64,000 nt of DNA from the IMG/VR virus record IMGVR_UViG_3300030085_002431, positions 186,614 through 250,613 of that record, one strand, 5' to 3'. Of this stretch, positions 40,371-48,477 are shown piece by piece. The translations under genes and the position numbers were made by a program. Position 1 is the first letter of the stretch. The number at the start of each line of letters is the position of its first letter. Under the pieces are notes generated by a model. That model was not told the DNA's origin and made no database searches. It worked only from the letters and a program-made list of their open reading frames with translations.

Positions 40371-40967
40371 ATGGATTTTATTTTAGAAACTTACATTAAA
40401 GATATTTCTATCTGTGACCGTTTAGTTGACTTTTTCAATAATTCAGAGTATTCTAGATTAAGAAAGAGACCAGGGACTACAAGTGGTGGAATTACTCCTA
40501 CACAAAAAGAGTCTACGGATCTTTCAATTTTTCCTCAAGAATTTAGTGAACCAGAATTAAGTCCAATTGGTGATTACATCCCACAATTATTTGGTTGTGT
40601 AGATGAATATGTTGCAAAATATGCATGGTGTAACGCATCTACAGCTCAATTTGGAATCCTAGAAAGAATTAATATTCAGTTCTACAAACCTGGAGAGGCA
40701 TTTCATGGATGGCATTTTGAACGTGGTAGTTCTGATTTCCCTGCTTGCGGAAGACATCTAGTTTGGATGACATATTTGAACGATGTTGATGATGGTGGTG
40801 GTACAGAATTCTTTTATCAAGAAAAAGTAACCACTGCAAGAAAAGGAAAAACTGTTATTTGGCCAGCAGATTGGACACATACACATAAAGGTGAAGTTTC
40901 CAACACTGAGCACAAATATATAATTACTGGTTGGTTAAATTACGACCTTACTTCTATAAAGATGTAA
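40371..40967 (+). CDS. 2OG-Fe(II) oxygenase
   Basis: WHFE, WMTYLNDV..GGGTEF, WPADWTHTH, KYIITGW. Confidence 0.88.
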   Translation: MDFILETYIKDISICDRLVDFFNNSEYSRLRKRPGTTSGGITPTQKESTDLSIFPQEFSEPELSPIGDYIPQLFGCVDEYVAKYAWCNASTAQFGILERINIQFYKPGEAFHGWHFERGSSDFPACGRHLVWMTYLNDVDDGGGTEFFYQEKVTTARKGKTVIWPADWTHTHKGEVSNTEHKYIITGWLNYDLTSIKM

Positions 40968-40975
40968 TAAGTATT

Positions 40976-41060
40976 GGAGAGGTGGTCGAGTGGTTTATGG
41001 CACTGGTCTTGAAAACCAGCGATGTGCAAGCATCCGTGGGTTCAAATCCCACCCTCTCCG
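40976..41060 (+). tRNA. tRNA-Ser(UGA)
   Basis: Cloverleaf with long variable arm; loop CTTGAAA. Confidence 0.93.
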
Positions 41061-41089
41061 TTGACAGCACTAGCATTTTATGTTATACT
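41061..41089 (+). promoter_or_regulatory. Sigma70-type promoter
   Basis: TTGACA-17-TATACT with extended TG. Confidence 0.75.
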
Positions 41090-41115
41090 GTCTAGGTCAA
41101 GCAAATTACTTGACT

Positions 41116-41166
41116 GCGGTATTCCCCTTTGATGGATTCAGGAATAGCGGCGATAGGAATCCATCA
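41116..41166 (+). ncRNA. Candidate H-type pseudoknot RNA in tRNA leader
   Basis: TATTCC/GGAATA and TGATGGATTC/GAATCCATCA interleaved stems. Confidence 0.45.
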
Positions 41167-41169
41167 TAT

Positions 41170-41244
41170 GCTTGAATAGCTCAGAGGTAGAGCATCTCCT
41201 TTACACGGAGGCGGTCGGGGGTTCGATCCCCTCTTCAAGCACCA
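41170..41244 (+). tRNA. tRNA-Val(UAC), CCA encoded
   Basis: Cloverleaf; loop TTTACAC. Confidence 0.93.
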
Positions 41245-41318
41245 CGGGACTTAGTTCAGTTTGGTAGAACGCTGCTTTTGGGAAGCAGAGGTCACAGGTT
41301 CAAATCCTGTAGTCCCGA
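41245..41318 (+). tRNA. tRNA-Pro(UGG)
   Basis: Cloverleaf; loop TTTGGGA; abuts tRNA-Val with no spacer. Confidence 0.92.
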
Positions 41319-41350
41319 TTCCCTTCGGGGAACCTATCATATTCTTTATC

Positions 41351-41521
41351 ATGAAAATCAACTTATGGTATTCTAAGAGTATGTCGCAATGGCGGTGGAC
41401 TCTTACAGAAGAGTTTAAGAATGGAGTTACTAAACTGGAACAGCATTCTGGTCAACACCCATTTCTTAGAGATGCTATGAATGATGTCGCTAACACAGTA
41501 GAATATCTTTTGGATAAATGA
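41351..41521 (+). CDS. Conserved small cyanophage protein
   Basis: MKINLWYS..M.QWRWTL...LRDAM.DVANTVEY; start moved past the tRNA. Confidence 0.65.
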   Translation: MKINLWYSKSMSQWRWTLTEEFKNGVTKLEQHSGQHPFLRDAMNDVANTVEYLLDK

Positions 41522-42225
41522 ACGTTATTAGTTTTCCTTCACCTTTTATTGCACAGTCTTCCATTGATGAAAAACTCCATTTGGAGTTGAAGTGTATGTA
41601 CACTGAGATGGTACAAAAAGACCTGAGTCCGAATAAACAAAATTTTGCTGATGGTGACTTTAAAAGATTTAGTTCTAAAGCAAATAATTACGAATCAGAA
41701 GTCTGGGGTGCTGGTGAATTAGAAGACTATAACGGTCGATTAGCAAAGCAACTTCAAAAAGCTTTCAATAAGGTAATTGAACATCAACAATTTCCTCAGA
41801 TATGTGTAGCTAGTAAAATTGATAAAGTATGGTGGGAGTTTTATGAACCCTATGGGTGTCGTCCAGTAGTTAATTATCCATGTTCTGATTTTACAGGAAT
41901 TTATGTAGTTGATTGTCAACAACATGATGTGATTAACTTCACTAGTCCTTTGATTTCTGTGACTTCAGGAAAGACACATTCTCCAGAAATAAAAGATGGA
42001 GATGTTCTTATTGCTCCTAGTGAACTTTTGATATCATCAAAGACATTTACTAAAAAATCTCTACTGTTCTATTTCACCATTGATTGCCAGTGGCAAGACT
42101 ATGATGTTAAAACAAAAGAAGAACTATTTGGTCTTGAACAACAAAGTTCTGCTTTCAAACAAAAGTCTAGAAAAAGACTTTCTGGTTCAGTTGATGACCG
42201 TGTTAGACTGGGTGGGTATTTTTAG
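41518..42225 (+). CDS. Degenerate 2OG-Fe(II) oxygenase-like protein
   Basis: Overall TIGR02466-like layout, but expected His ligands absent. Confidence 0.5.
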   Translation: MNVISFPSPFIAQSSIDEKLHLELKCMYTEMVQKDLSPNKQNFADGDFKRFSSKANNYESEVWGAGELEDYNGRLAKQLQKAFNKVIEHQQFPQICVASKIDKVWWEFYEPYGCRPVVNYPCSDFTGIYVVDCQQHDVINFTSPLISVTSGKTHSPEIKDGDVLIAPSELLISSKTFTKKSLLFYFTIDCQWQDYDVKTKEELFGLEQQSSAFKQKSRKRLSGSVDDRVRLGGYF

Positions 42226-42237
42226 GGTATGTACTAA

Positions 42238-42309
42238 TCCTCTTTAGCTCAGCGGTAGAGCGAACGACTGTTAATCGTTTGGTCCCTGGTTCGATCCCAG
42301 GAAGGGGAG
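42238..42309 (+). tRNA. tRNA-Asn(GUU)
   Basis: Cloverleaf; loop CTGTTAA. Confidence 0.93.
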
Positions 42310-42312
42310 TCT

Positions 42313-42394
42313 GTCGATGTGGCGGAATTGGTATACGCGCTGGGTTTAGGTTCCAGTGGAGCAATCCATGAAGGTTCAAGTCCTTTCATCGACA
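42313..42394 (+). tRNA. tRNA-Leu(UAG)
   Basis: Cloverleaf with variable arm; loop TTTAGGT. Confidence 0.92.
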
Positions 42395-42404
42395 CTTCTT
42401 CATT

Positions 42405-42596
42405 ATGAAATTCTCTGAATATACATTTGGGGGTCGTCCTATTACTCCCATAAATCTTCTTCTTCTCATTAGTGAAATGGAAGGTACTTACCAACATCTC
42501 AAATATATGGGATTTGAGGAAGATATGAATATTATTGATGAAATGAAGAAAAAGTACTATAAAATGTACTTCAAACTTAATAAAAAAGAAAAATGA
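42405..42596 (+). CDS. Conserved small cyanophage protein
   Basis: FGG.P....NLLLLISEMEG..QHLKYMGF. Confidence 0.6.
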   Translation: MKFSEYTFGGRPITPINLLLLISEMEGTYQHLKYMGFEEDMNIIDEMKKKYYKMYFKLNKKEK

Positions 42597-43144
42597 TTAA
42601 TAGGTGTTTTCCCAAAGATTTTTATATTAAGTTTGAAATTCCAAACTATGATGAACTTCTAGAATTTTGTGAAAAGAAAACTGAAGTAAACAATGAAAAG
42701 TTTACTTGGGGTGCTGATTGCAACCTGGATAGAGTTCCACTTAATGCTGAAGAGACTTCTTCTATTATTGGACCGTCTGTTCAACAATTTGCTAAAATTC
42801 TAGGAAAAGACTTTGGATGTTATTCATCAGACCCTTGGATAAATCACTATACAAGAGGTTCTTATCAAGAGGTTCATTCTCATTCAGAAAATGATTTTGC
42901 TTCAGTATTTCTGTTGAATGATGGAGAAGAGTTTTCTCAGTTTTACTTCTATAATGAAGTGTCAATGGCAGAATCTAGATGGAGTCATGCTGTTCCTGAG
43001 ATTGCTAATAGCCAAATATATCCTATCTTAACAGAAGGTGAAGTAATTTTCTTTCCTGGTTGGTTACAACATGGTGTTACACCACATAAAAGTGATATTG
43101 TAAGAAAAACTCTTGCATGTAATTATAATTTTGCATTTAACTAG
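42593..43144 (+). CDS. 2OG-Fe(II) oxygenase (TIGR02466-like)
   Basis: W.N.Y..G.YQEVHSH, FFPGWLQH.V, R.T...N. Confidence 0.82.
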   Translation: MINRCFPKDFYIKFEIPNYDELLEFCEKKTEVNNEKFTWGADCNLDRVPLNAEETSSIIGPSVQQFAKILGKDFGCYSSDPWINHYTRGSYQEVHSHSENDFASVFLLNDGEEFSQFYFYNEVSMAESRWSHAVPEIANSQIYPILTEGEVIFFPGWLQHGVTPHKSDIVRKTLACNYNFAFN

Positions 43145-43217
43145 GGGGGTTTAGCTCAGTTGGTAGAGCACCTGCTTTGCAAGCAGGAAGTCAGGGGTTC
43201 GAGTCCCCTAACCTCCA
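43145..43217 (+). tRNA. tRNA-Ala(UGC)
   Basis: Cloverleaf; G3-U70; loop TTTGCAA. Confidence 0.94.
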
Positions 43218-43233
43218 TGTAAAGAACAGAACT

Positions 43234-43689
43234 ATGAAAATAGAAGTAGAAGGTTCTCCTGTTCTCAGAAAGAAATCAAAAAGAGTTTCAAATATAAACA
43301 ACGATATCCGAAAGTTTTGTGCTGAGATGGCACAGACAATGAGAGATGCAAAGGGTATTGGAATTTCAGCACCCCAGGTGGGGGTATCTAAACGCATCAT
43401 AATTGTTAATGATGGAGGAAATGATTGGGTATTGATTAACCCAGAAATTATTTGGGATGATGGTAAAAGAGTTTCTTTTAATGAGGGTTGTTTAAGTGTT
43501 CCTGGTGAATATGCAGATATTCTCAGACCAGACAGGATTAGGGTGAAATATAGAGAACTATCTGGGAGACCTCAGACTGTAGACTTAGACGGTTTATTGT
43601 CAAGGATAGTGCAACATGAAATTGACCACTTAAATGGCATTCTTTTCACAGATTACTTGACTGATAGAGGAAGTGCGATTACTATATAA
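43234..43689 (+). CDS. def: Peptide deformylase
   Basis: GIGISAPQVG, EGCLSVP, QHEIDHLNG; start moved past tRNA-Ala. Confidence 0.95.
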   Translation: MKIEVEGSPVLRKKSKRVSNINNDIRKFCAEMAQTMRDAKGIGISAPQVGVSKRIIIVNDGGNDWVLINPEIIWDDGKRVSFNEGCLSVPGEYADILRPDRIRVKYRELSGRPQTVDLDGLLSRIVQHEIDHLNGILFTDYLTDRGSAITI

Positions 43690-43691
43690 AG

Positions 43692-43930
43692 TGTTCAAGA
43701 GGTTGCGAAGTCTGTTGTTTTGGACAGGGGTTCGATTCCCCTCACCTCCATTCATGGGGGTGCCATGGTTTCGACAGGGCAAAAAGGTCGTAATTGTTGA
43801 CGGGACATAAACATAGATGCAAACACATCTGAAACCGCAGCAAATAACATTGTTGCATTCTCCCGCAGCACCGTTGCTGCCTGAATGGGGGATGGGGGAT
43901 AAGTCTTCCTTCTAATCCAATAGACTCTTG
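43692..43930 (+). ncRNA. ssrA: Circularly permuted (two-piece) tmRNA
   Basis: T-arm/acceptor 3' half (43722-43750) precedes 5' half GGGGGTG (43756); G3-U70 and A73; tag (A)ANNIVAFSRSTVAA* ending 43884; TTGACT-17-TACTAT promoter. Confidence 0.9.
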
Positions 43931-43952
43931 GGGGTGAGATGCCCCTCTTTTT
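43930..43952 (+). terminator. Terminator after tmRNA
   Basis: GGGGGT-GAGAT-GCCCCT hairpin followed by a U-tract. Confidence 0.6.
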
Positions 43953-43993
43953 GTATAAATACTCCAGAGTTAATTAAACTTAGGATACTTTTT

Positions 43994-44161
43994 ATGAAAT
44001 CTTTAGTCGCAAAGGGTGCATCCAACGTAGCACCATTCGCAGCAGCATCTGCGGTCGCAATCTTTAGTGCCATTATTGGATTTGGTTTCTATCATGGGGC
44101 ATTCCACATGAATGGAAACAGCACCCATTGCCATGCAGAAGGAGTATGCCATAACCACTGA
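43994..44161 (+). CDS. Small membrane protein with His/Cys-rich C-terminus
   Basis: TATAAATA upstream; TM helix, then HCHAEGVCHNH. Confidence 0.55.
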   Translation: MKSLVAKGASNVAPFAAASAVAIFSAIIGFGFYHGAFHMNGNSTHCHAEGVCHNH

Positions 44162-44282
44162 TTATGAGTAAAACTATTATTATTGCCTTGATTGCATCTG
44201 CTGTCAGTATTACTACCTGGGAATGGATGCACATTGTTTATGGAGTTGATGAACTACCACAACAAACTATAGGAGTAAAGAA

Positions 44283-44498
44283 ATGAGCAGATTTAGAGAC
44301 CTATTTGAAGGTGCAGCACCAGCACCACCAGAAGTTTTTGATGCACCTGCTGAATCAGCAGAACTAACCCCACCTCCAGCACCTGGAACCATTAAAGAAG
44401 AGGTATTTGGGGAAGCAGCAGCACCTCCAGCAGTAGAGGTAACTGAACCAGAAGCAGCACCAGAAGCAACACCAGAACCAAGAACATTTGGTATGTGA
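44283..44498 (+). CDS. Pro/Ala/Glu-rich small protein
   Basis: AGGAG RBS; MSRF.DL start. Confidence 0.55.
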   Translation: MSRFRDLFEGAAPAPPEVFDAPAESAELTPPPAPGTIKEEVFGEAAAPPAVEVTEPEAAPEATPEPRTFGM

Positions 44499-44520
44499 TG
44501 ACAGTTGGGTAACTGTCCAC
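44498..44520 (+). promoter_or_regulatory. Early-promoter palindrome copy 6
   Basis: ATGACA-N10-TGTCCAC, then TGCTATGATTACTAGGTAAT. Confidence 0.65.
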
Positions 44521-44568
44521 TGATACCCCCACTACAACCGAGACGTGCTATGATTACTAGGTAATCAA

Positions 44569-44769
44569 ATGAAGGGCATGTCTCGGATTTTTATTGAAGG
44601 GAAACAGTACGAACACATCAACGATGACATCCATGATGGGTGGTGGTTGATTCCTGAAGATGATGTTTTTGAGTCTATGGATGATGTTCTGGAAGATGAA
44701 TTTGAATCCAAACTTGAAACTGAGGAAACAGATTGGTTTGGTGGTGAAGACCCACTAGCACAACTCTGA
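44569..44769 (+). CDS. Very acidic small early protein
   Basis: About one third D/E; directly after the promoter cassette. Confidence 0.55.
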   Translation: MKGMSRIFIEGKQYEHINDDIHDGWWLIPEDDVFESMDDVLEDEFESKLETEETDWFGGEDPLAQL

Positions 44770-44798
44770 TTTAACTTTTCGTCCTTAATTTTTTTATC

Positions 44799-45179
44799 AT
44801 GGCAACTCGTTCACGCATCGGTATTCAAATTGGTAACGATATTCTTTCTGCTTATCATCATTGGGATGGTTATCCTGAGTGGTTGGGTCGGATTCTCAAG
44901 ACACACTACAATACGAAGGAGAAAGTAGCAGAACTCATTGACGGTGGTGATATGTCTGTTGCTTGGGGTGATGACAACAAACCTGAGTATTATGCTGACC
45001 GTGGTGAGGATTGTCCTCCTTCTTATATGTCTATGGATGAGTATCTCACCAAAGATAATAATGAAGAATATGCGTACATGTTCACTAGTGCTGGATGGGT
45101 TTGCTATAATATGAATGAGTTTGACGACTCAAAGCAACCTGAATTGGTTGAAATCTCTGATGTTCCTCTTGCTGCTTAA
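44799..45179 (+). CDS. Conserved phage hypothetical protein
   Basis: MATRSRIG...YHHWDGYP...EYAY.F. Confidence 0.7.
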   Translation: MATRSRIGIQIGNDILSAYHHWDGYPEWLGRILKTHYNTKEKVAELIDGGDMSVAWGDDNKPEYYADRGEDCPPSYMSMDEYLTKDNNEEYAYMFTSAGWVCYNMNEFDDSKQPELVEISDVPLAA

Positions 45180-45784
45180 TGTTTGGATGGAAAGTTGATA
45201 GTAATACGCAAAGATTTTCGGTATTTCCTACCTTAATCTATGTCATTGATATTCCTGAGGTTGTGGAAGACCTCGGGGATATTCTTTCTGCTGTAAAGTG
45301 GAGGATGCCAGATGATGATAGGAGTGGTTCGGAATCTTTCTTTGTTCTGGATGAACATCAGCACCTGAAGGATTTATTTACTGAGAGAGTAAATACTGCG
45401 GTGTCTGAATTGCAATATACTGTTCCATTAAAACTTACAACAAGTTGGTTTTTTAGGTTAAAACCTGGAGCAAAACATCCTAAACATAAACATACCAATT
45501 CTTTTTGGAGTGCAAGTTTTTACTTTGAAAAAGGTGAAAGAGAAGCACTAAATATATCCGCACCTGCCCATGCTATCAATGTTCCAGTGAACACACAAGA
45601 TATGGGGATAGTTCCATATGGAAGATTATCTTTCCCTGCGGAATGTGGTAAACTAATTTTGTTTCCCAGTCATATGGAACACTGGGTAAATGAAAACACC
45701 TTCAATAAAACTAGACACGTTCTGGCAATGAATTTCATGCCAGATGGAGAAACTGGTTTCCTAGATTCAACTTTCACCTATTAA
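45179..45784 (+). CDS. 2OG-Fe(II) oxygenase (TIGR02466-like)
   Basis: HKHTNS..S..FY, LFPSHMEH.V, R..LAMN. Confidence 0.82.
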   Translation: MFGWKVDSNTQRFSVFPTLIYVIDIPEVVEDLGDILSAVKWRMPDDDRSGSESFFVLDEHQHLKDLFTERVNTAVSELQYTVPLKLTTSWFFRLKPGAKHPKHKHTNSFWSASFYFEKGEREALNISAPAHAINVPVNTQDMGIVPYGRLSFPAECGKLILFPSHMEHWVNENTFNKTRHVLAMNFMPDGETGFLDSTFTY

Positions 45785-45785
45785 A

Positions 45786-45986
45786 ATGACTACCAAACGT
45801 AAAATGGTCTGCGTTGACCCTCGTTCTAATGCTGCTCGTCTCCGTTTTGTGACTGAGATGAGTAAACTTCACTCTTGTTATATTGATAATGAACTTAATG
45901 GTATTCTTTACCTGACTTCTATCAATGGCAAGTATCGTTTCAGTATGAATAAGAAAGAAGATAAGAACTGGGCAGTTGTAAAGTGA
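45786..45986 (+). CDS. Conserved small cyanophage protein
   Basis: V.PRS..A..RF...M..LHSC. Confidence 0.55.
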   Translation: MTTKRKMVCVDPRSNAARLRFVTEMSKLHSCYIDNELNGILYLTSINGKYRFSMNKKEDKNWAVVK

Positions 45987-46144
45987 TTGACGAGCAAACT
46001 AGACTTATACTTGCTTTGTATCAAGTAGATAATTTAGTTGAACTTACTAAAGATAATGAATATAAACATTATCTCTACTGTAAGTTGTCATCTATTAAAT
46101 GTGAATTAGAGAGACAACTACACAACATGGTCAATCCACCAAAG

Positions 46145-46166
46145 AAGACACTTGAGTAAGTGGCAC
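46145..46166 (+). promoter_or_regulatory. Early-promoter palindrome copy 7
   Basis: AAGACA-N10-TGGCAC; AGGGGG-TTGCAAGA-CCCCCT stem over the -35. Confidence 0.6.
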
Positions 46167-46379
46167 ACAGGGGGTTGCAAGACCCCCTTTTTGATGCCAT
46201 ACTAACGGAGTAGTCAACAAGGACCACATGAATCGTCCCGAAGTTCTTCTCACTGCTGCTGATTATCTTGAGGATATTAAAGCACGGTGGGAGATTCACC
46301 AGTATGAAGTAACTAAACTGCGTGAAGACATTGCAACTTGTTTCAATGCAATCACCGATGCTGCTTACTACACATCTAC

Positions 46380-46401
46380 TGGACAATTCTGATAGTGTCA
46401 C
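46380..46401 (+). promoter_or_regulatory. Early-promoter palindrome copy 8
   Basis: TGGACA-N10-TGTCAC; GGGAGGT/ACCTCCC stem; AAGAGTCAAAG. Confidence 0.65.
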
Positions 46402-46460
46402 AGGGGAGGTTGCGGACCTCCCTTTTTCATGTATAGTTAAAGAGTCAAAGCAAACGAGAC

Positions 46461-46727
46461 ATGTTCTCAAACCTCTCTAAAATCAAACCGAAATTTCGTA
46501 CCTCTGGTCGAGTTTCTGGTAACTTTGGACGCAACAAAGTAAAAGCAGGTTCCTCTATGAAGGGAATCGGTGAAACTAATGCAAAGGTTCTAAAAATGAC
46601 GACGCAAGAAGAGTATCTTCAACGTCTCCGTGATGCTTATGGCACTACTACAAATCCACGGATGAGGGAGTTCATCTATCTCGAAATCCGTAAGATTATG
46701 GTACAACGGGGACAATGGGTAAAGTGA
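46461..46727 (+). CDS. Basic small early protein
   Basis: 88 aa directly after the promoter cassette. Confidence 0.6.
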   Translation: MFSNLSKIKPKFRTSGRVSGNFGRNKVKAGSSMKGIGETNAKVLKMTTQEEYLQRLRDAYGTTTNPRMREFIYLEIRKIMVQRGQWVK

Positions 46728-46900
46728 TTTATTCCTATGCAGAACTTGAATCGACTTATTATCAATTCAAGAATCTGATTGATAGAGAACGTAAACTTCA
46801 TGAAATGGACATGATGATTAACCCCGAGCATCTTGATTTGCTTGAGTATGAAATCATGCCATTGATGGAGGAGATTGTTTTCTACGACCCCACTCCTTGA
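46715..46900 (+). CDS. Hypothetical protein
   Basis: Small acidic ORF ending YDPTP. Confidence 0.45.
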   Translation: MGKVIYSYAELESTYYQFKNLIDRERKLHEMDMMINPEHLDLLEYEIMPLMEEIVFYDPTP

Positions 46901-46986
46901 ATACATAATTATCATGCTTGACAAAAAACAAGCATGATAGTATTATCAAACCATAATCAACTACTTTATTAGATTATCACTGTAAG

Positions 46987-47214
46987 ATGACTTACGATAA
47001 CAAAACTCTTCAAGAGTACGAGAAAGAACTCAAAACTCAAAAGAAGAAGTTCGACAAGATGACCAAGCAATACAAGAAGTGTACTAGTAATTATCAAGCA
47101 GAAATGCTCTATGATGATTTGACTATCTTGAGTGAAGATATTCGACAACTACAACTTATTGTTAAAGAATTGCGTGAGGAAAAACGACTTGCAAAAGTTC
47201 TTGAAGATGCCTGA
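46987..47214 (+). CDS. Coiled-coil hypothetical protein
   Basis: 75 aa; TTGACA promoter upstream. Confidence 0.5.
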   Translation: MTYDNKTLQEYEKELKTQKKKFDKMTKQYKKCTSNYQAEMLYDDLTILSEDIRQLQLIVKELREEKRLAKVLEDA

Positions 47215-47524
47215 TTTGTATAGTGAAGTTCTGAAATACGAACGTAACTTTCCATCTTATTTCGTTATGTCAAAATACACAAAAGAATCATTTGCGGAAG
47301 AAATCTCCCGCAATTCTCAACTTCGGGATGATTTTCTGCAAGAATATGTTGATGATATTGTCTTCAACCTATCAATCAAAGAGTTGAGAAAAAGTTATTC
47401 AAACACTCTTTTGAATCTTCTGTATCAAGATTGTGATGCAGACCAAGAGGTTCAAATTGTTGAAGAAGTTGCAGACGTTCATCCACACATTCTCAGAAGA
47501 TTTGGAGTAGATGTGACAGTGTAA
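47207..47524 (+). CDS. Hypothetical protein
   Basis: Start moved to an ATG overlapping the upstream stop. Confidence 0.45.
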   Translation: MPDLYSEVLKYERNFPSYFVMSKYTKESFAEEISRNSQLRDDFLQEYVDDIVFNLSIKELRKSYSNTLLNLLYQDCDADQEVQIVEEVADVHPHILRRFGVDVTV

Positions 47525-47534
47525 CCACTGACAC
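47513..47534 (+). promoter_or_regulatory. Early-promoter palindrome copy 9
   Basis: GTGACA-N10-TGACAC, then TTTACA...TGCTAAGAT. Confidence 0.65.
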
Positions 47535-47598
47535 AAAACACTTTACAAACTAGTCACCATCTGCTAAGATGTATTCATCAAGTCAAGGAGATTCCCCC

Positions 47599-47748
47599 AT
47601 GGTTGACACCTGCACTCGTCACGATGATTATGAGACTTTTGCTGTAAAGTATCTGGGAGTTGACTATGAAGATTTTGTAAATCTTCAGTTGGGTTGCTCC
47701 GAAGATGATGATGATTTCACTGAGTATTATTACAATACTTCTCGGTGA
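47599..47748 (+). CDS. Very acidic small protein (49 aa), paralog of 24876-25019
   Basis: AAGGAG RBS; HDDYETFAVKYLGVDYEDF; followed by a hairpin terminator. Confidence 0.6.
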   Translation: MVDTCTRHDDYETFAVKYLGVDYEDFVNLQLGCSEDDDDFTEYYYNTSR

Positions 47749-47779
47749 TAATTAGTAGGGGTTAATTACCCCTCTATTT

Positions 47780-47853
47780 GTCTTGTTAGCTCAGATGGAT
47801 AGAGCAACTGCCTTCTAAGCAGTCGGTCGAAGGTTCGAGTCCTTCACAAGACG
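47780..47853 (+). tRNA. tRNA-Arg(UCU)
   Basis: Cloverleaf; loop CTTCTAA. Confidence 0.93.
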
Positions 47854-47868
47854 TTATTTTTTAGAAAG

Positions 47869-48471
47869 ATGCTTAATAGACCTGTTGTAATTAAAAGAGT
47901 ATTAAAACCTGATTTTTTTTATGATGTGAATAAAACGATTCACCATCACATGAGATGGGCAATCAATAATTATTCAGAAGGTCCAGGTGATAGTGCCAAT
48001 GACCCAGTTTCCTGGGGAGTAGTACATAAAAATTGTGAACCAATAATATATAAGGCAGCAACTATAATTAAACTTAAAATTTTACGTCATATCAGACAAA
48101 AAATTCAAATATGTAAGATACACTATAATGCTCAGACTTCTGGGCAAGCATCAAAATTCCATCACGACTTTGACCAAGAACTTTGTTGGACATTTGTTTT
48201 ATTTACAGAAAAACATTGGGATACACAATGGGGTGGTGAGTTTGTTTGTCAGCATCCACTAAGTAAAGAATATTTTCATACCCCATATATTCCAAATAGT
48301 GGTGTGTTGATACCTTCAAGTTGGCAACATTATGGACAATCTCCTTCCGCAATAACTGACAAGGTAAGAACTACACTTGCAATTTGTTATATGGAAGCAG
48401 AAACTTTAGAAGATGAACTTGAACACTATAAATCTAAAGGAGAAATTGATACTCTTCACGAGTTCGTGTAA
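47869..48471 (+). CDS. 2OG-Fe(II) oxygenase
   Basis: FHHD, W...WGGEF, PN.GVL.PS.WQH.G, R. Confidence 0.82.
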   Translation: MLNRPVVIKRVLKPDFFYDVNKTIHHHMRWAINNYSEGPGDSANDPVSWGVVHKNCEPIIYKAATIIKLKILRHIRQKIQICKIHYNAQTSGQASKFHHDFDQELCWTFVLFTEKHWDTQWGGEFVCQHPLSKEYFHTPYIPNSGVLIPSSWQHYGQSPSAITDKVRTTLAICYMEAETLEDELEHYKSKGEIDTLHEFV

Positions 48472-48477
48472 ATACTT

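Noticed and set aside
41261-43233. Long N-termini of ORFs starting at 41261 and 43177
   Set aside because: They run through tRNA-Pro and tRNA-Ala; downstream ATGs at 41351 and 43234 fit better
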